NCBI RefSeq assembly: GCF_964204645.1
Contig: NC_134032.1
Location: forward strand, 14,372,275 to 14,436,274
Origin: Tubulanus polymorphus
Taxonomy: Eukaryota > Animalia > Nemertea
Direction: 5' to 3'
Length of the DNA stretch: 64,000 bases
Positions 11,001 through 20,862 of the stretch are shown in pieces. Under the pieces are notes generated by a model, which saw only the letters and a list, made by a program, of their open reading frames with translations, was not told the origin of the DNA and made no database searches. Position numbers and translations under genes: made by a program. Position 1 is the stretch's first letter; the number at the start of each line of letters is the position of its first letter.

Positions 11001-14000
11001 TGATTCTTTAAAAACTCCTAAACAAGAAACATTTTGAAGGTCCTTTGAAACTCCTTTAAAAACTCCTTCAGTTTATAAGAAATTGAGAATTTGAATTACC
11101 TGTAGTTGTACATTAAGCTATGCCTAAATCGATTAGAAACTAAGTTTAGTAAAGACTGAGATAAACAGTACCGATTTAGGAGAAGTCTACAGCTATTGCG
11201 GTATGAAAGTTCACGCTTTAAAGAAATTTTGAATTTTCTCCTTGAAAACTCCTTATATCCAAGGATGACCGATCTGTTTTAGTGTTATAGAGGTTTTTGA
11301 AAAAAAATCTCTATCAATATTTTCTTTATTTTTCTATCGATAGTTTGGGATTGTTATGGTATCATACAGTGATACGACCATTTTTCTCAATAGATGGCGA
11401 CGCTGTAGATGCGGGTAAGATTCGAACCGCGACATCGATGATATTCGGGGTTTGAACCCTCTCTCATCTCTCGCTCTATTTTATAGGTGTTTCTGCTGCC
11501 GACGCTATTATCAAACGATGTGAAAGGGAATACCCAGACAGCGCCCTCTTTCTTTTCTTTAAAGGACGATCGCAGAGACTACAGGTAAAAATATTGTTAG
11601 ATTCGAATCCTGGATAATTAGGGAGGTCAGAGGATGGGACTACTACGAACGGGGCACAGGGACTCATTTTTTTGTGAAAAGTGCCAAGAAGAGAGATACC
11701 AGTTATTCTGATCCATGGCGCCACTAACCAGGAAGACCTGGAAAACTCAGGGAAAACTGCGGGAATTCTGAAAAAAATAACTAGGAAACTCTTTATCAAT
11801 ACGTGATTCTATGAAAAATGAATGAAATGTATCGAGAAATTTCTCTGATTCACTCGGGGAATGTTGTGCAATCACATCGAAAAATCTGCCAGGGAAGTAG
11901 TAAATTGGCTGAAAGTGGCGACACTGTGTGTTTAACCCTTTCACTGCTGACTAATTAATACCCTATAGTGCTGAAGATAATTTGAAAATTCTGAAAAGTT
12001 CCACCCTAGTGTGTTGAATAACGGGAATACCACTACAGTGCGTCTACACCGCGGTGCAGTCTACCGTTAGTTACTGATATTTCACTATGTTTGACAGGTG
12101 CTGCCATCTTTCAATAGAGATAATTGCTAATTACACCAATACACCGTGGTGCGGTGTACTAGTAAAATCCATCACTGATTTTTACCCCGAAATGCGGTGT
12201 AGACGCTCTGAATGGGTTAAAGAAGTTGTTTCGTAATATTTTTGTTCTCAGACTCACATCGAGGAATCATTAGTAATGTACGAATGCGCCGCGGTGCGGT
12301 GTACTAGCAAAATCCATCACTGATTTTTACCCCGAAATGCGGTGTAGACGCACTGAAAGGGTTAAAGAAGTTGTTTTGTAATATTTTCATTCTCAGACTC
12401 ACATCGAGGAATCATTAGTAACGTACGAATGCGCCGCGGTGCGGTGTACTAGCAAAATCCATCACTGATTTTTACCCCGAAATGCGGTGTAGAGGCACTG
12501 AAAGGGTTAAAGAAGTTGTTTTGTAATATTTTCATTCTCAGACTCACATCGAGGAATCATTAGTAACGTACGAATGCGCTCTGGAAGCGTCGCACGAACA
12601 ACGAGAGATTCAACTGATTTGTTTATACGAGATCGGCTGGAGTAACATGATTAAACTTAACTGGAAATCATCGGCGGAATGTTTCCTCAGATTGAAGGAA
12701 GAGTCTCGCTGGTCGAAGGCTTACTACGCTTATCTTACTGCACGTTAGTGTTCATAGATTGATCACTTCTAGTTTATGATTGATACAGCCTGCAATCACC
12801 CCTCGCCAGCCTGGAACCTGCTGCACCCATTTAGACAATCTGCATCCTGTAACCTGCAGCCCTTCAGACAATCTACAGCCTGTAACCTGCACCCCTTCAG
12901 ATAATCTGCAGCCTGTAACCTGCAGCCCTTCAGATAATCTGCAGCCTGTAACCAGCAGCCCTTCAGATAATCTGCAGCCTGTAACCTGCAGCCCTTCAGA
13001 TAATCTGCAGCCTGTAACCAGCAGCCCTTCAGATAATCTGCAGCCTGTAACCAGCAGCCCTTCAGATAATCTGCAGCCTGTATCCTGCAGCCCTTCAGAT
13101 AATCTGAAGCCTGTAACCTGCAGCCCTTCAGACAATCTGCAGCCTGTAACCAGCAGCCCTTCAGATAATCTGCAGCCTGTAATCTGCACCCCTTCAGATT
13201 ATCTGCAGCCTGTAACCAGCAGCCCTTCAGGTAATCTGCAGCCTGTAACCTGCAGCCCTTCAGATTGTCTGCAGCCCGTAACCTGCACCCCTTCAGTCAA
13301 TCTATAGGGGGTGATGTTACTACTGCATCTAACATGTATATTGTACTGTGTTATAGTGTGTTTCGGAGCGAATGGAGACCTGAATGAATCGTACAATTTA
13401 ATGAAACAAGTTCCCGGTTTAGTGAAACGCAAAAACAATCAAATTGAAGCTTTCGTCGCGCGTCGGGTGAGTAGAACCTTGACCTTTCAAACAGTTTAAC
13501 GAGTCTCAGTTGAAGTAAGACCGATAAATGGTCTCTCATTGTTACTAGGGTGATTGTCACCTGAATTGACTTCTAGGGATACAATGGTCTATGAAACCAG
13601 GCCCAGGTTACGGATTTACCCCTAAGGGTAACTTAAATACCCGGTCTATAAAACCAGGCCCAGGTTACGGATTTACCCCTAAGGGTAACTTAAATACGTG
13701 GTACCCGGTCTATAAAACCAAACCCAGGTTTAGGATTTATCCCTAGGGGTAACTTTGACACTAAGTTTATGGAACCGGGCCTAGATTGAGCATTACCCCC
13801 CCCCCGGTAGTTAAATCTTCTAAATCACTGCGTGTTTTCTTCTTTAAAAGGCGGAAAAGTTTCGAAAAGTTGAACCGACTCAGGATCAGTTGGTGATACA
13901 CGTGTTGGAAGTTTTATATTTGTGGAACACACTACCGTCGTGTAAAACAGAACACATCACAGCCATGCAGAAAGGTATCATCCTCCCCCGGCAGGGATTC

Positions 14001-17000
14001 GAACCTGATGGCATCGAGATTGCCACGGCACGAAACCCTGCCATAATCGACTGTGTGCGCAGATACATGCGCAGTTCAGATGATGTGATTTTTAGCCAAT
14101 CAGAAATCCCGTTTTATTTTATCCCGGGTTTTCCCATTTATAGTTCTTCCTTGAAATTTGCCTCAACGATTATACAACGAGCAATCTGATTGGTGCCGCC
14201 AGTTTTCGTTCGGAAAGCTGCGCATGTACCTGCGCACCCGGTCTACTGATGCAGGGGTTCGTGCCGTGGCTGAGTGTTGCGATGCCATCAGGTTCGAGTC
14301 CCTGCAGAGGGAGGATGAAAGGTATATTCAATTGTAAACTGGGATCTTTGTTAAAACCGTTGGAGACAAATACTTATGTCATTTTAATGGGATACCGGCA
14401 ACACCAGATGGCGCAGCAACAAAACACCCGGGTTATTCGTAGTGAAAATCAGTTCAATTTTTCGATGAAATTTGAACTTGATTTTGCTTTTAGAAGTACA
14501 GTGGACTTAAGTCATAGGTCAATGTCGGGTGGAATTTTTCACGTGTGATTTTCCAAAAGGGTACTTGGTCAGAAAAGGGGGGAGGGGTTCCGCAACTGGA
14601 TCCGCAACTGGGTGGGTATATTGGTTGCCGGTAACACCAGATGGCACAACAAAACACTGGGTTATTCGTAGTGAAAATCAGTTAAATGAAATTTGAACTT
14701 GATTTTTATGCGTCCAAATCCAAAAATTAGCAGTTAAGCCAAATTTAAGGACACGTTTATTTTCATGTATCTCGTATTTCAAAGATTTCATTCCGTTTTG
14801 CAGAATGTGAATCGTTGAACGATCGAAGTTTGTTTCATCTGCGTAGTCTAATCGAAGGCGCCCTCTGGCGTGAAGCGGGTGAAGTAGATTTAGCGATCCA
14901 GTGTTTCGAGGAAGCTATTGCTCGTCACAGTGGATGCAAAGATGATCAACACGTTCCGGCTTATGCTTCATTCGAACTCGGTACCATATATGCTAAACAT
15001 CCTGAGGTGAGTTCATGTTCTAGCCACTTGGGGGCGTTGGATGAGTTTTATGTTTAGGGACGTGGGGTTAGTGTGTGTACTAGCCACTGATAATCACCTT
15101 AATTTCCAGTAAGGCCTCTTACACGCATTGTAAAAGACTAATTCCTAAACACACATTCCATGCACACGCGCAACCGAGCTCGGTATCCCTTCCCTGTACC
15201 ATCAATTTTTTCTAACCCCAAAAAGTCCAAGTCCACATATCTAACAGCCATTTGGGGGCGTCGGATGAGTTTTATGTTTATACGTTAAGGGACGTGGGGT
15301 TAGTGTGTGTACTAGCCACTTGGGGGCGTCGGATGAGTTTTAAGTTTATACGTTAAGGGACGTGGGATTAGTGTGTGTACTAGCCACTTGGGGGCGTTGG
15401 ATGAGTTTTATGTTTATAGGGTAAAGGGACGTGGGGTTAGTGTGTGTACTAGCCACTTGGGGGCGTCGGATGAGTTTTAAGTTTATACGTTAAGGGACGT
15501 GGGATTAGTGTTTGTACTAGCCACTAGGGGGTGTTAGGTTAGTTTTGATATTCTATCAACGTGGGGACATTGACTCCATATGGTTTTATGTGCTCGGTGA
15601 CCTGCTGACCTGCTTACATTGTGCGGGTAACACTTGAAACGCTGCGGTCCTATCGTGTGGTTAAATGAACAATCAAATAAAGATCTGAACAACTTAAAGC
15701 AAGATAAACTAGAAGACTTTCTACCGGCTAGTTGTATGTTTCATTTCATTTTTTAGACGAGAACGAAAGGTAAAGAATTGTTGAACAAGGCTAAGGTAAG
15801 AATGATTAGATACCTCTTTAACTCTCTCTCTCTCGCTCTCAACTCAAATTAACATGTTTCCACTCTTAATAACTGTAACCCACACGTGCTATTAGCATTA
15901 GAGCCGGCTGTGGCAGGTGAGTCTAACTGACGAATGCTTTTTCTCCGCTACAGGATCTTTACGAAGGTTACGATTTCGAAAATCGTCTGCACGCGCGGAT
16001 AATGTCACGGCAACGGCTTTACTTCAAACACCCGACTGCAGCTAACAATACCAATAACAAATGTACGTTAATAATTAAACTATCTGTCGTCTATAACTCG
16101 ATCCAGTTTTGTAGATTTGTGACGTGCAGGGGCAACATATTTACAGTTAAATATTCAAAAAATTTGTCAGAAATAACCATAGTGTCTCTTACCAGGTAGT
16201 TCTGGACTTAGTTCCAGACTTTTGGACTCAGTTCCACAGTTCAGGATCCAGTCCCACAGTTTTGGACTCAGTTCCATAGTGCTGGACTCAGTTCCACAGT
16301 TCTGGACTCAGTTCCACACTTCTGAATCCAGTTCCACAGTTCAGGATCCAGTCCCACAGTTCTGGACTCAGTTCCATAGTGCTGGACTCAGTTCCACAGT
16401 TCTGGACTCAGTTCCACACTTCTGAATCCAGTTCCACAGTTCAGGATCCAGTCCCACAGTTCTAGACTCAGTTCCATAGTGCTGGACTCAGTTCCACAGT
16501 TCTGGACTCAGTTCCACACTTCTGAATCCAGTTCCACAGTTCAGGATCCAGTCCCACAGTTCTAGACTCAGTTCCATAGTGCTGGACTCAGTTCCACAGT
16601 TCTGGACTCAGTTCCACACTTCTGAATCCAGTCCCATGGTTCTGGACTCAGTTACACAGTTCTGGACTCAGTTCCGCAGTTCTGGACTCAGTTCCACTGG
16701 ACTCTTTGAGCGGCAACTATGAAACCAGATCCTGCAGGGTAGGGTCTACACTGCTGGTAACTTTGATCTGCTGTCTATACAACTGCCCCAGTTACCCCAG
16801 TGTTTATATCTTTTCTATAGAACCAGATCCCGCAGTTTTCTGTCTCATGATTTTTTCCTTTTTCCTTATAGACTAGAAAATGATACTGATGTTTTTTGTA
16901 TGGAATCATTCATTTATTAGATACACTTGAATTTTTCAACTCCCTCCCCTGTACACAAAATCAGCCATTGTTTCATATACATTACTTGCACTTAACCCTC

Positions 17001-17479
17001 CCCCCTCCTCTAATGCGTACGTAATAAATGAATGACCCCTATCCTTAATATTCATATAGATCTATTTTCTGTATGGGGTCGTTAGTTTCTTACATCACGG
17101 GAAGTGAAGGGGTTAGTGCAATTGCGTGGTATCGAGTCCAGGAAAAAAATACCCGATTTTGCGTACAAGAGGGGCACGGGAAATTGAAAGAATTCAAATT
17201 TTGTGTACGATATCCGAACGGGATTTAGAGTGAATCAAATTTGGTTTTTTCGCTTGTCGCGACACGAGTTTGAAAATGGTTTACGATTTTACTTTCCAGG
17301 ATCGCTACAAAGATTGTAATTTCGACAATCGGTTGAACATACGTATACGTACGTACAAGCAATATCTAACGATGCTAGATGGCGCCACCGGTAGGAATAA
17401 TGCGACGACGACGACGACGACTTATCGTTATGTTCCCCCGGATTACATCGAAGCAAACGGATCTTCAATTCAAATCTGA
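8058..17479 (+). CDS. TTC39C: Tetratricopeptide repeat protein 39C; exons 8058-8233, 8985-9033, 9441-9569, 10240-10943, 11344-11414, 11487-11584, 12542-12743, 13357-13466, 13851-13974, 14804-15006, 15757-15795, then 17300-17479 (12b) or 15954- (12a)
   Basis: All junctions are GT-AG and frame-consistent (2085 nt with 12b, 694 aa). Motifs [89 protein letters not shown] and GYDFENRLH match the TTC39C/Iml2 family. Confidence 0.92.
8544..8742. mobile_element. MITE with perfect 21-bp TIRs and 8-bp TSD (Merlin-like GGTAA termini), in TTC39C intron 1
   Basis: TIR ggtaaaagtgcagatccgcac / gtgcggatctgcacttttacc; TSD taaatttg at 8536-8543 and 8743-8750. Confidence 0.85.
9580..9990. repeat. Diverged tandem array related to the 77-bp minisatellite
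   Basis: cacactagtgacacctggtggatcctcacttgccac... units. Confidence 0.75.
10025..10223. mobile_element. MITE (GGACCCAGTTCCACAGT TIR family) plus a partial tandem copy
   Basis: ggacccagttccacagt (10025) ... actgtggaactgggtcc (10131); second right end at 10223. Confidence 0.7.
11936..12216. mobile_element. piggyBac-like MITE (TTAA TSD, CCCTT termini)
   Basis: TTAA|ccctttcactgc ... gctctgaatggg|TTAA; relatives at ~8820-8960 and ~27940-28042. Confidence 0.75.
12145..12579 (+). repeat. Three 145-bp tandem copies of MITE end + intron acceptor + first 38 nt of TTC39C exon 7
   Basis: ttctcag|ACTCACATCGAGGAATCATTAGTA begins at 12252, 12397 and 12542. Confidence 0.92.
12830..13302. repeat. 33-bp minisatellite in a TTC39C intron
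   Basis: cagcccttcagataatctgcagcctgtaacctg, ~14 copies; gives 11-aa repeats in the ORF track. Confidence 0.92.
13979..14317. mobile_element. 339-bp MITE with long imperfect TIRs and 8-bp TSD (hAT-like)
   Basis: catcctcccccggcagggattcgaacctgatggcatcg ... cgatgccatcaggttcgagtccctgcagagggaggatg; TSD aaaggtat at 13971-13978 and 14318-14325. Confidence 0.85.
15020..15540. repeat. 68-bp tandem repeat interrupted by ~160 bp of unrelated sequence
   Basis: tagccacttgggggcgtcggatgagtttta...gggacgtggggttagtgtgtgtac; period 15313 to 15381. Confidence 0.85.
15954..16062 (+). CDS. TTC39C: Alternative C-terminal exon 12a of TTC39C (DLYEGYDFENRLHARIMSRQRLYFKHPTAANNTNNK)
   Basis: Acceptor ctttttctccgctacag, phase 0; closest match to the conserved GYDFENRLH.RI terminus; donor T|GTACGT at 16063; read-through stop at 16199. 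Confidence 0.8.
16200..16705. repeat. 20-bp satellite (ttctggactcagttccacag) with a 100-bp higher-order repeat
   Basis: Variant tctgaatcca recurs at 16321, 16421, 16521 and 16621. Confidence 0.92.
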
Positions 17480-18399
17480 AAAATTGTTATACGATAATAT
17501 TTACATAGCTCAAGGTCACTCTTTGCAAGGTCACCTCCAGGTTATCGAAGCGAGCTTCTTAAGAGGTCACTTAAAGGTCACGTTAGAGTTAACTCGAGCT
17601 CCGCAGTTGTGAGTTAAGAGTAAACTCTTGATTTAAATCGGTTTAATACGTGAAGTCATAATTCTTTTGAGTCGATCTTAACTCATGATTGTGGAACCAG
17701 CTCCTTAGTGATAATCACTTATATAGGTCACCTTATGAAGGTCGTTTAATATGGTGACCTCGTAGACGTCATTAAGGCAAAGGGCTTTTTTGACGTGGGA
17801 GGGAATTTTCGGGGCTCATTTCTTTAATGTTCTCTTCATCTCTGGGTTCATTAGATCCTCCCCGGCAGGTTCATTATATTGATGCTGATTTAAGTGCCTA
17901 CAATACAACCAAAGAACCATATATAATGCTGTAAACAATATGTATATTTATTATATTATTTATTATATTATATGTTATTTATTTTTTGTTGAATTTATTC
18001 TAACCAGGGACCCCCCGCATGCAGTTCCACAGTTGTGAGATACAGTTGAAATCGCTTCACTTTCGAGTCAAATCTCAACTCGCGCAACTGCGGAATGTGG
18101 TTCGTGGGTACCGGGTATATGTTGTCTGTTGACCGGAGATTAGCGCCCCCTAGTGACATTATACGTTGTACTTATCATGACGATTTATAATCGAGTTTTT
18201 TACAAATTCACGTGCTGTCGTAAATTGTTCGTAGAATAATTAGAATGCCTATCTAACATATACTCGCACCTACCGTACATATCAGCTACATCCGGGAAAC
18301 CGACCGTCCGGTAGTGGTCGGATAACATATTGTATTACGTTGGAACCACGTTACAACGAAGCTCAGTCCCGAGTTATATGGATTAACCGAGGTTGACTG

Positions 18400-18840
18400 T
18401 AGTTCTATATATAGCGGAACCTCGTTACGACGAACTTCAGGGCATCGGAAAATCTGTTAGTTATAACTGATAGTTCTATATACAGCGGAACCTCTTTACA
18501 ACGAACTTCAGAAAACCAAAAAATCTGTTAGTTATAACTGATAGTTCTATATACAGCGGAACCTCGTTACAACGAACTTCAGAAAACCAAAAAATCTGTT
18601 AGTTATAACTGATAGTTCTATATACAGCGGAAGCTCGTTACAACGAACTTCAGGACACTAAAAAATCTGTTCGTTATAACCGATAGTTCTATATACAGTG
18701 GAACCTTGTTACAACGAACTTCAGGGGATCAGAAAATCTGTTAGTTATAACCGATAGTTCTATATACAGCGGAACCTCGTTACAAGGAACTTCAGGGCAT
18801 CGGAAAATCTGTTAATACCGATAGTTTGTTATATCCAGTA
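18400..18840 (+). repeat. 71-bp tandem array of a Tc1/mariner-type MITE terminus, ~6 copies
   Basis: tatacagcggaacctcgttacaacgaacttcag...aaaatctgttagttataactgatagttc; agcgg at 18413, 18484 and 18555. Confidence 0.85.
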
Positions 18841-19167
18841 TAAAATCATCGAAATTGTCTTATTTGTAACGAAATTCTTGATTCGTAATAACCAATAATA
18901 AATCGTCACGAGGTTTTATTGTAAAACATTGGAAATGATGTGATTTTAACTTTAGGTTGAGGTCTAACTTTACTGAGAACTGCTAGAACTAGATCCAGCA
19001 AACTCGAACATAATGTTATCAAGTCTTCGTAATTCTGAAACGTGATCAAGTAAACATTTGGAGATCATGCGAACAGCGATTTGTGTAAAATGATATTTCT
19101 AAAGCGGGGTCTAAAAGATGCAGGCATCCATTGGGTAAAGCAGTCATGTCAAAGCCCACTAGTGAGG

Positions 19168-19325
19168 TAGTGGAACCTTGTTATAGCGTCCTCAGATATA
19201 ACCATTTGTCAGTTATTTCAAACCTAGAATTTTGTCCCACTTTCATACTGGGATATAAAGAACGATGGGTTACAACGAACATATTTTCTGGTCCGTGAAG
19301 TTTGTTGTAACGAGGTTCCACTGTA
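19168..19325. mobile_element. Tc1/mariner (pogo-like) MITE
   Basis: agtggaaccttgttatag ... ttgtaacgaggttccactgTA. Confidence 0.6.
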
Positions 19326-20340
19326 TATAACTATACCATCTATGTAGGTTTAGATATAAGGTACAATCCGAGAGGATGAATGTCAAATTTATAGGTTTTG
19401 ATCTTGGTCTTGACATAAAGGGCAACCTTGATAGGAATGCAGGGGTAAGCATCTGCGAATCCACCCAATTGTATGATCTTGCCCTATTGATCAAAATCGC
19501 GATCATTTTGAATCATAATGACCTCGAAACTTTCTCCACAATTCATGGATTGTGATTTTATTTACTATTTATTGACGAATAAAAAATAAATTTTATATGA
19601 AAGTTATAAATAAAATCATTTATTTTTTTTCTCTTTATTGTCTTCGGTTTCACCAGACACCACAGTCGTGTAAGGTTTGAAATCCTCCTCTAAATGACAG
19701 TAGGGCATCATACCGATCCTCAAATCCATGAGCCCATGAGGGTAGGGGAGTGCCTACGTACAGATAGTGATACAGACCCAATGTGCAGGGATGGATCCAG
19801 ACGCGTGTCATTTTCCCAAAATGAAGCGAGGCTCTAGAGGTCAACGTTTCGATTTTTCCACCATTTTGAAAATCCACAATTTTTCCTCTAACATCCGGTC
19901 ATTTTCCATTGCGAAAACAATCCACGCGAAGATCTGAACATTCCAATAATTTCATGATAGTTTATTGTTTAGTATAATGCATAATACCATCAATTCACAT
20001 TTCAAGTTTTTTTTACAGAAATTCCTATGATACAAAGATATCATCATAGTCTCAGTTCTTAGATAAATATAGTTAACAAAATCATGCATGACTCCGATGA
20101 AAGTGACTCTAAGAGTCATTATCAGTCCTTATGTAGCTGTTTAGCCTTATACTATGGAGCATAAATAGTGAGAATAAAATAATTCTGGCTTAAATCCTAA
20201 CAACTATGGCAGTGACTCTGGAATCTTGAGAAGTCATATAATGATACAGTGGAGTCATAAATTGTGACTAAGTGACCAACCATTTAATACGTACGCACAA
20301 TAGGGGGGAGGGGAGGCCTGAAAATGCTTATATTATAAGC

Positions 20341-20757
20341 GTACGTGGCTCTGTGGCGTAGAGGGGATGGAGGGAGGGAGGGGGTGGGTACATGGCTCTG
20401 TGGCGTAGAGGGGATGGAGGGAGGGAGGGGGTGGGTACGTGGCTCTGTGGCGTAGAGGGGATGGAGGGAGGGAGGGGGTGGGTACGTGGCTCTGTGGCGT
20501 AGAGGGGATGGAGGGAGGGAGGGGGTGGGTATGTGGCTCTATGGCGTACAGGGGATGGAGGGAGGGGGGAGGTACGTGGCTCTGTGGCGTACAGGGGATG
20601 GATGGAGGAAGGGGGTGGGTACGTGGCTCTGTGGCGTACAGGGGATGGAGGGAGGGGGGAGGTACGTGGCTCTGTGGCGTACAGGGGATGGAGGGAGGGA
20701 GGGGGTGGGTACGTGGCTCTGAGGCGTACAGGGGATTGAGGGGGATTGAGGGAAGGG
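20341..20757 (+). repeat. 47-bp G-rich minisatellite with G-quadruplex potential; copies at 22257-22673 and 24173-24589
   Basis: gtacgtggctctgtggcgtagaggggatggagggagggagggggtgg, ~8-9 copies. Confidence 0.9.
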
Positions 20758-20862
20758 TAACACACCTAATAATCATTTTGCACTCTATTATTGACCATTC
20801 ATTTTATTGAGTTTTGCGTACAGACTAAATGGAGGTCCCTAAAGAGTCTCGAGGAACCAGGT

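Noticed and set aside
12752-13438. Repetitive ORFs (VTGCRLSEGLQ / PSDNLQPVTCS)
   Set aside because: Translations of a 33-bp intronic minisatellite, open on both strands.
20328-20810. Pro-rich (extensin-like) and Gly-rich ORFs and their two copies
   Set aside because: Artefacts of a 47-bp G/C-skewed minisatellite beyond the poly(A) signal; open in nearly all frames.
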